In this document: positions 10,679 through 21,872 of the stretch, piece after piece | How positions within the stretch are numbered: position 1 is the stretch's first letter | How the letters are laid out: every line of letters begins with the position of its first letter | Assembly (NCBI GenBank): GCA_965237955.1 | Contig: OZ250169.1 | Span: 2,816,001-2,880,000, forward strand | Source of the DNA: Candidatus Marinacidobacterales bacterium | GTDB taxonomy: Bacteria; Acidobacteriota; Vicinamibacteria; Marinacidobacterales; SMYC01 | Reading direction: 5' to 3' | DNA: 64,000 bases | Program-made: the position numbers and the translations under genes | Notes under the pieces: generated by a model | The model's input: only the letters and a program-made list of their open reading frames with translations | What the model was told of the DNA's origin: nothing | Databases searched by the model: none

Positions 10679-11350
10679 TGAGTCACATCCGGTGCTTGCG
10701 CTGTTTGCTGTTGGTGATGTGTACGTATCTCTTTGTAAAAAAAGCGCTTACGCTCCATTTTAGCGCGCGGCGAAGGTCGTGAGCGCTATTTGGGCTGTAA
10801 TTTAATGCAGCGTAACGTCTTAGCGTCATCTCACCAACACTGAATGGCGGAAGCACCGTACAGGACGCCATTCCAAAGGTTGGTGGTCTCCATCATTATT
10901 ACACTCGACGCGCTGCTGGAGTCCTATCTGCTCGGGACGGCTGCGGAACTTCGCACCAGCTTACACCTCTACCCCTGAGTAGAGCCGACGCCGGCCCTCA
11001 AAACGTCCTACATAAAGATGACCAGAGCGTCCTGGTTGCAGGCAGTTTGACAATCTCATGCAGCTCAGGTTTATGGAAGGGACAACCTCTAATACGAAAC
11101 GTCCCGGCGAGCCGGTTTTGAGTTCGTTTGTATTTTTGGACACGACGCCTTTGAACATCGGTCGAATCTTGAAGACCGCGCTGTTCGGCTTTTCAGACCA
11201 AACCCCACGAAAGGTAACGTTTCTCGGCTCAAGTCTGGTCTGAAAATAGTCGTTCAGGAATAGGCCGATCTTGTCGAATATGGCGTAGGCAGACCTTGAT
11301 CGACTACCTGCAAGAGGTCTACGTCGCGTTTGTCATCGACAGTCCGCCGT

Positions 11351-12307
11351 TCACCGCTCGCAGACAACTCCGTCCCCGTCGGCATCTCGCATGTAGGGAT
11401 ACGCAGGATGGCCGCGGCGCACTGGCGCGATCCCGTGGCGCCGTGCTTCAGCGCAAGTGATGCGGCCGTTGCCGTTGTCGTCGTACTGACGGAGCGCGCT
11501 ACTGCCGCTGGTCGCGCGGGTCGAGCCTTGGCGCGCCGTGCCGCCCTTGGCCTCACCGCCACCAGCTTCGCAGACAATCCCGTCGCCGTCACCATCGCGC
11601 ATATAAGCGTAGGCCGGATGGTCGCGGCGCACCGGGGCGATCCCATGGGTGCGAGCCTCGGCGCACGTGATACGGCCATCGTCGTTGTCGTCCCACTGGG
11701 TGAGCATCTCACGCGCATCGGCGGCCGTCGGGGTGATGTCCTGAGCGACCGGTGAGGCACCACGGGCCACCACGACCAGGTCGGTCGACTGGCATCCAGA
11801 CAACACGCGTTCAAGGGTGTCTGCTTCGCGCTGGTCTATCGTCAGACCGTACTTTCGGCGGACAGCGACGCTACGGTCCGCGAACCAGCACCGGTTCTGG
11901 TCGGGTAACCACTCCGCGGCATCCCGAGCGCGCTTCTGGTTCCGGTTCACGCCGGGACTTGCCAGCGTCAGATTCAGCAGATCCGTTGCGAAGCGTCGGC
12001 GGGTCGCCTCATCCGCCACACAAAGTCCGCTGTCGTGTGCCTCGGAGCGGGCGACGATATGTTCAATGTCCGTCTCCCGTTTGTTGGCGAACCAGCGGCC
12101 CGTGTAGGGACCATAGACGCCGCCAAGCTCGGCGATGACCCGGTCCTCCACAGACTGCGGATACTGATAGTCGTCAGCATCGTACGGGGAGCAACGGGAT
12201 TCGGGGGCAACCACCAAGCCCCGCCACGACGTCTGGGCCGTGGCGGGGTTGTGCCACGAGCCCGTGGCGAGCACAGCGATCCATACGGGAATGGGGAAGT
12301 GTCGCAT
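11351..12307 (-). CDS. Secreted HNH-type (DUF1524-like) nuclease with two C-terminal EF-hand/excalibur-like repeats
   Basis: Signal-like N-terminus; DIEHIVA.SEAHDSG, DLLNL.L....NR.K...DAAEWLP; twice DDN..GRITCAEAR.HGIAPVRR.HPAY.YMRD.DGDG.VCE. Confidence 0.75.
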   Translation of the reverse strand: MRHFPIPVWIAVLATGSWHNPATAQTSWRGLVVAPESRCSPYDADDYQYPQSVEDRVIAELGGVYGPYTGRWFANKRETDIEHIVARSEAHDSGLCVADEATRRRFATDLLNLTLASPGVNRNQKRARDAAEWLPDQNRCWFADRSVAVRRKYGLTIDQREADTLERVLSGCQSTDLVVVARGASPVAQDITPTAADAREMLTQWDDNDDGRITCAEARTHGIAPVRRDHPAYAYMRDGDGDGIVCEAGGGEAKGGTARQGSTRATSGSSALRQYDDNGNGRITCAEARRHGIAPVRRGHPAYPYMRDADGDGVVCER

Positions 12308-12589
12308 CTTAGTCTTACCTCTCACAGGCTATGCCGTCGTTCTCTCGGTCGATTGCGCGCGATGGAGACGCATATCGCGGTCCTCCACCTAGTAGCGTAC
12401 AGCGGCGAAGAATGGAACTCGGGTGCTTCCGCAGTTAAATGTTGGCGCCTGCCGTGTAACCCGTTCGCCTGCTAGAGTTTGAGCCTGATTTCGAGAGGCG
12501 CAGTTCTTTCGTCGATGTCGGCTGGGCCGAGTTTTGGCACAGGACGAGGAAGACGCCCAATGAAAGCCAGACCGAAGAGGATCTGATCT

Positions 12590-12772
12590 GAACTCGAGCC
12601 CAGCGTCGCCAACGTAGATGGTGCTGTCGACGTGAGCGCCGGTGATGTCGAGCATGCGCTCCGCGCGGTACACGTCGGCCATGCGCACGAGGATGGACAT
12701 CGCCATCTTCGCAGCACGACCGAGTTCGCCCGCGAGGAGTGCTTTGTCCTTCTCCGCGAGCTCCAAGCTCAC
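12590..12772 (-). pseudogene. Aconitase X catalytic subunit (DUF521), N-terminal fragment
   Basis: LLAGELG.A.KMAM.IL..MA..Y.A.RM.DIT.AHVDS..Y.GDAGLEF, after which similarity stops; a type A end lies just beyond (12524-12546). Confidence 0.65.
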
Positions 12773-14232
12773 GATCCGCTACTCTTTTTCAGGCGGTGGA
12801 CCCAGTAGGTGTTGGTGATGACAACCACGACGACGAGCACCGAAATTTGGATGACGGCGGTCCCAACGCTCGATTCACTCCGGAGCTTCCACCAGCCATC
12901 GGGATCGAATTGCGTCGCCGATTGGTAGAACCACCATGCCAGCATGGCAAGAAACTCGAGCGGCACGACGATCGAGATGGCCCACACGAACCAGCTACCG
13001 ATCGGATGCTTCTCATCTTCGGTGTTGATGAGCTCCTCCCGGAATTTCGCCGCTCCATACTTGATGACGGTCACCGCGATGAAGAAACCGGAGAACATGA
13101 GGCCGATGCCCCAGACCCAATCCTGATTCTTGAAAAAGCCCATGAAAAACGCCGAGGGAAGGCCGAGCACGAACGACACCACGCCGACCGTGGGCACGGC
13201 GCGGGCGCGCGAAAAACCCAGGTCCATCATCATGCGGGACGCCATTTCGAGCATGGCGATGAGCGACGAAATCGCCGCGAAGCTCAGCGCGAGGAAGAAA
13301 ATGGGGAGAAAGAGTCGCCCTCCGGGCATCGACGAGAAAAGCTGCGGCATCCAGATGAACGTCAGGCCTTCGTTGCCGGCAGCGAGAGCGGCCGAGGCCT
13401 GGTCTTCGGGAAGAAGGGCGAAGACGGTACACATCACCGCGATGCCGGCGAGAAGCGAAGCCGAACTGTTGCCGAACGCGGTCGTGAGCGTCGTCAGCGT
13501 GAACGTGTCTTTCTTGCGGAAGTACACGCCATAGGTCGTGACCAGGCCCCAGCCCGCGCCGGTGCTCCACGCGGATTGGGTTAGCGCTGCCAGCCAGACT
13601 TGGTAGTTTCCGAGGTCTTCCCAGTTCGGCGTGAACAGGTAGGCCAGGCCTTTCACGGCCCCGGGAAGAGTGACCGCACGGATGGCCGCGATGATGAGGA
13701 GCACGAAAAGCGCCGGGATGAGGATGCGGTTGGTCCGCTCGATACCACGGACGACGCCTCTATAAATGATGGAGCATCCTATAGCGAGTGCTATGGCGTG
13801 GAAGATGACCGGTTGGATGGGATCACTAGTGAATCGCGTCCAGTAACTCTCGGCATTGTCGGCGGAGAACACCGTGCCCAAGGAAACGGTAAAGTACTTC
13901 AGACACCACCCGGTGACGACGGAGTAATAGAACATGATGAAGCACGTCACCAGTCCCACGAAAACGCCCAACCAGTTGTAGCGTTCTCCTATCAACGTTC
14001 CAACGGCGCCCGCCGGGCCGCGGCGGGTGGTCTTGCCGAGAGCGAACTCGACGAGAAGCAGCGGGATCGCCCACGCGAACAGGAAGATCACCCAGGGGAT
14101 GAGAAACGATCCTCCTCCATTCGCGGCGGCAACTCGTGGAAAACGCCAGATGTTCCCGGTGCCGACCGCCATGCCGATCGAGGTCAGCAGGATCCCCCAT
14201 CGAGACGTGAACTCTTCTTTGGATGTGCTCAT
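12769..14232 (-). CDS. Sodium-dependent transporter, NSS/SNF family
   Basis: F.SRWG.LL..IG.AVGTGNIWRFP...A.NGGG.FLIPW signature; about 11-12 hydrophobic segments. Confidence 0.93.
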   Translation of the reverse strand: MSTSKEEFTSRWGILLTSIGMAVGTGNIWRFPRVAAANGGGSFLIPWVIFLFAWAIPLLLVEFALGKTTRRGPAGAVGTLIGERYNWLGVFVGLVTCFIMFYYSVVTGWCLKYFTVSLGTVFSADNAESYWTRFTSDPIQPVIFHAIALAIGCSIIYRGVVRGIERTNRILIPALFVLLIIAAIRAVTLPGAVKGLAYLFTPNWEDLGNYQVWLAALTQSAWSTGAGWGLVTTYGVYFRKKDTFTLTTLTTAFGNSSASLLAGIAVMCTVFALLPEDQASAALAAGNEGLTFIWMPQLFSSMPGGRLFLPIFFLALSFAAISSLIAMLEMASRMMMDLGFSRARAVPTVGVVSFVLGLPSAFFMGFFKNQDWVWGIGLMFSGFFIAVTVIKYGAAKFREELINTEDEKHPIGSWFVWAISIVVPLEFLAMLAWWFYQSATQFDPDGWWKLRSESSVGTAVIQISVLVVVVVITNTYWVHRLKKSSGS

Positions 14233-14267
14233 GCCACTAGTCCCCTGGATCTTTAATTATCACAGGT

Positions 14268-14435
14268 AAACCCCCGGCTCTGCCGGGGTGACTCGCAGAG
14301 GTTTGACCGTGTGAGGCAGTAATAACAAAGTCCTCCTTGGAAAGCGCCAACTTCCAAACAAGGAGGACTCAATGAAAAACTACGAAAGCCTATCGCACAC
14401 GCGGTACGACTGTAAATACCATGTTGTCTTTATCC
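14268..14435 (+). mobile_element. tnpA: IS200/IS605 left end and tnpA 5' fragment
   Basis: Hairpin AAACCCCCGGC-TCT-GCCGGGG, an SD, then MKNYESLSHTRYDCKYHVVFIP (ATG 14371), cut by a type A-variant end at 14436. Confidence 0.8.
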
Positions 14436-14550
14436 CGTCCTGTGCCAAAATTTGATCCACTTGCAACGTTACAAGCGAACAGTTGACGCGGCGTGGGAGG
14501 TGAGGCCCGCGACAACCATTGAGCAGAGCTACCCTTTGGACGGGTCGTCA

Positions 14551-14962
14551 CCATGCAGATGACCACCTAGTCGAGAGCGAATATCCAAGCGTGTTCCTGA
14601 AGCTGTTTTCACGCTACGCCGAGCGGGCCCACCGAGGGGCTACCGTCGCCAGCGACCATCTACGCGGCACGGCAGTAGTAGTTGAGAATGCCCCCAAGTC
14701 GCTCTCGCGACACGATGGGGCCAGCGCTATTCGCGCTTGCCGGCAGAGGTGTGAGGAGCTCGTTGCCGAGACTTTGGTGGTTCCGTTCTGTGTGTGATAG
14801 TGCACTACGTATTCGGTTACCGCTGTGCGCAGGTGTCGCTCACTGAGAGGTACGAAGCGGTCGAGACACTCTCGACGTATGGAGAGAACGAATCTTTCCG
14901 CGTATGCGTTCAGATTCGGACTGTTCGCTGGAAGGCGGAGGGGCTTCACACCTGAATCTCTC
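14551..14962 (-). mobile_element. Type A transposase 3' remnant
   Basis: [25 protein letters not shown]; matches about 49820-50235 in inverted orientation. Confidence 0.85.
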
Positions 14963-15018
14963 AAGAGGGTCAAGTCTTAATTTTCCTGTCAAATCTCCGT
15001 ACGGTTCCCCGCGCTCGG

Positions 15019-16280
15019 TTAAGCTGCTGATTCCTCCGACGTACGGTTCCCCGCGCTTGCGGGATTCCTCCGAAGCTCGTTGCGAAGCTCCTCGACTTTC
15101 CTAGCGGCGAAGACATCCATCCTCACGCCGCGCCATTTGTTTGCGACGGCCAAGAGCACAGCGAACGAGAGTTTCATCGCGGCCTCCTCGGTGAAGAAGT
15201 GAGGAATGACCTTTGTGCGACGTTTGTGCTCTCCGAACGTGCGCTCAAGTAGATTCGACGTGCGAAGCCTTTTGTGATGCGCCGCAGGAAGGCGTAGCGC
15301 CTGAAGACACGCTTCGAGGGTCTCTTCCATGCACTTCATCGCGCTCGGGAATCGTTGACGGTACCGAGCGATCACCTCCCGACCCTTCTTCAGCCCTTGC
15401 TCGTAGCTGTTCGCATGGAACGACTCAAGGATGGCCGCCTTGAGTTCGTCGCGCACTTCCTTCGGAGCCTTGCCCAGGATGTTCTCGAGGCGGTGCTTCT
15501 GGCAACGTTGCTTGAGGCTTCGAGGGAAGACCTCTGCGATCGCTTTGAGCACTCCAGGATTCCCGTCCGTCACGATGAGCAACGGCTCCCTCATTCCTCG
15601 GGCCACCATCTCCTGCAAGAACCCCTTCCAGTTCTCGTAGGATTCTCGGTTGCCGACACCGATATGAAGAAGAACTCGCGTCCCATCAGCGCGATAGCCG
15701 GTCGCAACGAGGATGGGCTCTTTCCTCTCCGCTCCTTGGTGGTAGCGCAGGTACGTGCCGTCGAGCTCGAGATACAACAGCTTCTCGTTCGAGAGATCCC
15801 GTTTTCGAAACGCCTCGAAATCCTCCGACAGACACCGTGTGACCCGGCTCACCACCGACTTCGAGACACCCGTGCCGCTCAGCACGTCCGCGAACGTCGC
15901 CTCAATGTCACGCGTCGACATCCCGTGGACGTACATCCGCGCGATCAGTTCATCGAGTTTCTCGGTCCGGCTCACGTAGGCGTCGAGAATCTTTGACTGA
16001 AACACCTTCTCTGTTTCTCGTACCTGCGGCACTTGCACCGTTACCGCTCCCTCGCCCGTGAGGACCCGATGCGACTCATACCCGTTGCGTCGTCCCTTCT
16101 CCTTCGTCGTTGCCGGAGCGTTCTCATAGTAGTTTCGACCCAACGCCTCCGTCACCTCGCGCTCCAACGCATATTGAAGCATCATCTGAGCTCCCGACCG
16201 GACGATCTCCGAGAGATTCATCTCCCCAAATACCAGTTGTTCCTCGAACTGCTTGAGCAATCGCTGACTCGGGCGAAGGA
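15019..16280 (-). CDS. IS256-family transposase (5' end probably replaced by a type C end)
   Basis: GRRNGY, GMSTRDIE, LELDGTY, DGNPG, QRCQKH and RTSNLLER motifs; IS256-like end GGTCAAGTCTTAATTTTCCTGTCAAAT near 14968. Confidence 0.88.
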
Positions 16281-16436
16281 CTTCCGACCCATGGGGCTGG
16301 CGGATGAATAAATAGAAGGCACAGGCTTGAGCGCACGGCGTTGCCAATATCTTGGGGTCGGATCGGCCCTGAATGCATCAACTTGACAGGGAGCGGATTG
16401 GTCAAGCAGGTCAATCGTGAGAATATTGGATCGAGC

Positions 16437-17075
16437 ATGAAGAAACGTTCCCTCCGATACGCTGGCGGCAAGGCCGTTCGCGCTCTATTGGAACGTTATG
16501 CGTGCCCGACGTCATTCCATGTTGTCCGCACACGACTCCTCGGCAACATCGCGACGCCCAAGCTCGACGCATCGCCACTCCGAGCTATAGAGAGCTGTTG
16601 GGAAGGTGAGTTGCCGGGGTTCGACAATGTCGGCGCAGCCAGTGAGCTATTCGAGTCCCTGATGGGGCTTTGGAACGAACTGGCAAGGCATCAATCGGCA
16701 ACCAAGCCGTTCCGTTTGACACGGATGGAGGCTAAGCCGGATACGGATGACATTCGCCGCTTGTGCCGGACCCGCACCGAGGAGCTTGAAGGCTTCATCG
16801 ACGGACTGTTCGGTGACGTGGAGTTCATGGATCTGCCCGAACGGGCCAACGAGGCTCTGGACAACCTCGGCAAGATCTATGCCATGACCCGCGGTATCAT
16901 CGATCTCCTGGAGAGAGAGTCGGCGTCAGAGGGGGACCTTAGGGGAATTCTCAAGGACGTTGGGGAGCTCTCACACATCGCAGAGAAAGAACTGCACGCA
17001 GTAATGCTTGCCTGCAAGCGCGCCCGCCAACAGACCCTTTCCACTATCGCCGTGGGCAAACCCACCGTCCATTGA
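16437..17075 (+). CDS. Hypothetical protein
   Basis: 212-aa ORF from ATG 16437 with natural composition; family not recognised. Confidence 0.6.
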   Translation: MKKRSLRYAGGKAVRALLERYACPTSFHVVRTRLLGNIATPKLDASPLRAIESCWEGELPGFDNVGAASELFESLMGLWNELARHQSATKPFRLTRMEAKPDTDDIRRLCRTRTEELEGFIDGLFGDVEFMDLPERANEALDNLGKIYAMTRGIIDLLERESASEGDLRGILKDVGELSHIAEKELHAVMLACKRARQQTLSTIAVGKPTVH

Positions 17076-17194
17076 AGGGAAGTGTCACGAGCAGCCGGAA
17101 GTAGTTCTCACCAGGGGCGATGTCCCGGAAGTGGCGTCGCTCAGATGCCGATTTGTAAACGTTGCCAGTGGATCAAGTTTTGGCACAGGACGAG

Positions 17195-17368
17195 TTACGA
17201 ATCCTTGGTCTTGAGCTGGGCTTTGTTTTCTTGAATGAAGGCGCGGATGTCATCTGTCATCTCGAGCAGTTTCTCCCACTGCTCCTTGTATAAGGTCACC
17301 GGGAAACGGCCCAGTCCGTAAACGGAGACGCCGCCCTTCTGGCTGACTTTGAGGGAGAGCTCTTTCTC
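17195..17368 (-). pseudogene. Small conserved hypothetical protein, 5'-truncated
   Basis: LKVSQKGGVSVYGLGRFPVTLYKEQWEKLL; upstream part replaced by an IS5 fragment. Confidence 0.55.
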
Positions 17369-17829
17369 ACTTGTCGGACAGATCGACAGTCCCATCTCAT
17401 CGGCCAGAGCTGACACCGCATACGACGCCAGCGGCGTCTATGAGGCGATCGAGAATCACAGCGCTCATCGCTCGCCGAGGGTGCTGATACCGCCGCGCAA
17501 GGGCGCCCAGCTCGCATCGGGGCCGGCGAGCAGCCGACAGCGTAATCGCAACATTGCAGCACAAGCTCGGCTCGGCAAACGAAAGTGGCACACAGAATCG
17601 GGCTACAGCAAACGGAGCAAAGTCGAGACAACGTTCCATCGCTACAAGGCTATCGTGGGCTCAGCGATGCGAGCGAGAGGGTTGGCGGCACAGAGAGTCG
17701 AGGCAAGGATCGGGTGCAAGATTCTCAACACCATGACGGCGCTCGGGATGCCTGATAGCGAGATGACCGGATGATGGGAGTCGAGGCCAAGCGAGCTCTC
17801 GGCCTCTATCGGAGTTGTGCACCAAGGCA
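17369..17829 (+). mobile_element. IS5 type 1, 3' partial copy
   Basis: Near-identical to about 3015-3475, including the right inverted repeat. Confidence 0.9.
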
Positions 17830-17994
17830 GCGGGCTGCTACGTTTCTACCATCGGGAAGCCGCATGAGTATTTTGACCTCACGGGAGGTCGAGCTGGCCA
17901 ATGGAGCGAGGTCACTTCGCCTTTACTTCATGTCCACACCTTTTGAGAGTAGCTCGCGTGATGCGGGAAAAAGCGTTAAAAGGTTAACTACCGC

Positions 17995-20472
17995 ATGAGC
18001 ACCAACAATCCGTTCCAGGGAAGTCTTTTCGCCAATGATTTCCTTTGCGGATCCATCGTCGAATCACCCGACTGGCGGGCGATCGACGACATGGCGCTCG
18101 ACACTCTCGAAGCCTCCGTCCGGAACGTTTTCAACCTTTTTCCGACGAGGAAGACGCCCAACGAAAGCCAGACCGAAGAGGATTTGATCTGGCCTGTCCT
18201 CTTACAGCTCGGGTGGACGGCGAGCCTACGGCAGCAAAACCTCTCCACCCGAGGCCGCGAGGACGTGCCCGACGGCCTGCTATTCACAGACGCTGCGGCG
18301 AAGGAACGCGCCAACAGCTTCACCGAGGAATGGAAGCGTTACGAGTTAGGCCTCGCGGTTGTCGAGTCCAAGCGCTGGCTGCGCCCGCTCGACCGCCGCG
18401 CCGAACGCCGGGGCGAGGAAAACGCACCCTCGACTCAGATGCTCCGCTACCTTCGGCGCGTGGACGATCTGACCACCGGCAAGTTGCGATGGGGCGTCCT
18501 CACCAACGGCGCAAGGTGGCGACTCTATTATCAAGGTGCGCGGTCCGTCTCGGAGCAGTTTTTCGAAGTCGATCTCGCGGTGCTTCTCGATCTCCCCGGC
18601 CACAATGACGGCCTGTTCGCCCTCACCGAAGCTGAGCGACACCATTGGCTTAAGGTGTTCATGCTCGTCTTCCGGCGCGAAGCTTTCCTTCCCGGGACGA
18701 CCGATCCGCGCACGTTCCACCAGCGTGCTATCGAGGAAGGCCGGTTCTACGAAGAGCGCGTGGCCTCCAGCCTTTCCGGTTTGGTCTTCGGCCAGGTTTT
18801 TCCTGGGCTTGCTCGCGCCATCGCAGCCGCCGCGCCCGCGGCGCCGTTGCCGGAAGTGCGCGAAGCCGCCCTGATTCTTCTCTACCGCCTGCTCTTCATC
18901 CTCTATGCCGAGGACCGCGACTTACTGCCTGTCCGCGATGCACGCTATGACGACTACGCCCTTCGGGAGAAGGTCCGCGACGATATCAAACAGCGGAAGG
19001 ATCGAGAGGACGTTTTTTCCGCCAGCGCCGCCCGATACTGGTCGGCCATCGACGACCTTTGCCGCGCCATTGACCAAGGCGATGCCTCCATCGGTCTGCC
19101 GCCCTACAACGGCGGGCTGTTCGACCGCGACCGCACGCCACTTCTAGGGCGTATTCGGCTTGACGATCAAGTCATGGCTGATGTCATTGATGCGCTCTCA
19201 TTCGAGCAAACCCCTGATGGTCGTCGCTACATCAACTATCGCGACCTTGGTGTCCAGCAGCTCGGCTCTATCTACGAGCGTTTGCTCGAACACGAGGTCA
19301 TCCGCGATAGCAAGGGGATTACTGTTCGTCCCAATGTTTTCGCACGGAAAGGGTCGGGCAGCTACTACACGCCCGACGATCTGGTCGGCCTGATCATCAA
19401 AGAAACGATCGAGCCCCTGGTCCGGTCGCGCATGGGCGTGTTCACGGCAAAACATTCCGAACTCGCCACGAGCGAACTTTCCAAGGAACGCCAGATCGGC
19501 CGATTAAAGCATGTCGACCCAGCCGAAAAGCTGCTCGACCTGAAAGTCTGCGACCCCGCCATGGGCTCGGGGCACTTTCTGGTCAACCTTGTGGACTATC
19601 TCGCTGACCGGGTGATCACGGCCATGGCCGAGGCGGAAGCTTCGGTGGACGGCTACATTTCGCCGCTGACCGAGCGGATCGACGGTATCCGCAACACGAT
19701 CATGGCCAACGCCAAGGACCGCGGCTGGACCATTGATGCAGACCAGCTCGACGACAGGCATATTGTCCGGCGCATGGTGCTCAAGCGCTGCGTCTATGGC
19801 GTTGACAAGAACCCCATGGCCGTTGAGCTGGCCAAGGTCGCGCTCTGGCTACACACGTTCACGGTGGGCGCACCGTTGAGCTTCCTGGATCATCACCTCC
19901 GTTGCGGCGATAGCCTGTTCGGTTCATGGGTACGCACCGGCATCGATCAGGCGAAGGAGCAAGGCGGTCCGCTCTTTTTGAAAGGGCCAGTAGAACGGGC
20001 CATGCGGGCGGCGGCTTCCATGCAGATTATCGAGGGACTGACCGATGCCGAGATTGCCGAGGCTCATCGTTCCGCGGAAGAGTTCGCCAAGATCGAGAAG
20101 ATGACGGCGCCATTGAATGCCTTCCTTTCCCTGGTCCATGCCTTCGATTGGCTGAACATCCGTAATCGCGACGACAAGGCGGCACTTTCCGCCTACTTCA
20201 ACGGCGTCTTCGGCGATCCCATCGACGTTGCCTCGGGAAGACCGAAGATCTTTTCACCTGAAGTACGGGCGGGTGAGCGGTTTGCCGGATTGCTCGACAA
20301 AGCACAGCAGCTTCTCGACGACGAACGCTTCTTCAATTGGCAAGTGGCTTTTCCCGGTGTGTGGTCGGAGTGGGAAGGCGCCGGGCTGACCGGCGGTTTC
20401 GACGCTGTGATCGGCAATCCGCCCTGGGACCGGATGAAGCTGCAACAGGTTGAGTGGTTCGCGGCGCGGCGC
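17995..20472 (+). pseudogene. Type IIG restriction-modification protein (nuclease + N6-adenine MTase), 3'-truncated by IS5
   Basis: PD..L...VESK nuclease motif, VLTNG.RWRLY, RK.SGSYYTP, CDPAMGSGHF (motif I), GFDAVIGNPPW (motif IV). The IS5 inverted repeat starts at 20473. Confidence 0.9.
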
Positions 20473-21557
20473 GGCGTTGTTGCACCGCTCTGGCTGAGAG
20501 CGAAATCCGCCTATGGTGGTGGCCGAGGTATGTTCGAGCATGAAGTATCCCAAGCGCTGCCAGTACAAGCACGCGAAGCAGAAGAAGTACCACGTTCGCA
20601 ACTGGGCGGAATACAACGAAGGGCTGCGCCGCCGGGGCGATTTGACAGTCTGGTTTGACGAGGAGGCAATCGCGAACTGGAAGGCCGACAAGACCGGTAA
20701 GCCTGGCGGTCAACGGGTCTATTCAGACATGGCGATTGAAACGGGCCTGGTTGTCCGGATGGTGTACAAGCTCGCCTACCGACAAACCGAAGGCTTCTTG
20801 CACTCGATCGCCTCGCTTCTCGGGCTCGGTATCGAGATCCCGGACTACTCGACGTTGTGTCGGCGCTCGAGGTTGCTCCGCAAGAAGCTGCGGATTCCGA
20901 AAGCCGCGAGCACTCAACCCATCCACCTGATGATCGATAGCACGGTCTTGAGGATTCATGTTGGAAACGCTCGCAAACCGCCAAAGCAGCGCGCATGGCG
21001 CAAGTTGCACATCGCCGTTGATCGCGAGACAGGGAACATTGTTGCGTCCGAACTGACGGCGTCACGAGCTCGCGACGCAACCCGAGTCCCCGCTTTGCTA
21101 ACACAGATTCAAGCACCTCTAGTTTCGGTGGCGGCGGACAGTGCATACGACAAGGAAGCGGTCTACGAAGCCATCGAAGCGCACAGTCCTGGACGAAGGA
21201 CGCGCGTGGTGATTCCGCCGCAACGAAACGCGACGCTCAGTCAGAATTCGAACACCGCCATGCAGGAGCGCGATCGCCATATTCGTGCAATCGAAAGACA
21301 CGGCCGACGTGAATGGTACAAGCTCTCAGGCTACACCAAGCGAAGCATGGTGGAGAACGCGGTCTATCGTTACAAGGCGATCATCGGGCCGGAGATGCGG
21401 GCTCGAACGTTGGCGAGGCAACGAGTTGAACACCGAATTGGGTGCGAGATACTCAACAAGATGGCTGCGCTCGGGATGCCCGATACGTACTGCGCCGGGT
21501 GACTCTGCAACCGGCACAGGGAGGTCAGCGATTTGCTCCGGGCCGTGCAACAACGCC
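20473..21557 (+). mobile_element. IS5-family (IS903-like) element, type 2, copy 1 (transposase about 20540-21502)
   Basis: Inverted repeats GGCGTTGTTGCAC / GTGCAACAACGCC; NWAEYNEGLRRRGDLTVW, RKLH and SMVEN motifs. Has DSTV where copy 2 has DSTG. Confidence 0.92.
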
Positions 21558-21872
21558 GGCTCGACCGCTTTGAACTGTCTCTCGGCACGTTCAGCTTCAT
21601 AGCGCGCGCTCAACCTGTACTCGCCACTGCTTCAGGGCAGCGTCGTGGTCGGCTTCGAGGTTCGCCTCTGGCAAAAGGGCAGCCTCGATACCCGCGGGAG
21701 CGATGGCATGAGGAAAATCTTGGCCACTGCATCATCGATCCGTCGGCCACCTACACGCATGACGTTGTATCTCAGTCATTCGGTCCTGACAAGGACCGGT
21801 TGAAGCCGGCGGTCGGTAAACCAACGAGCTATGGGGTCTAAGACGATTGAACTCTTGCGTACTGAAGCGGCA

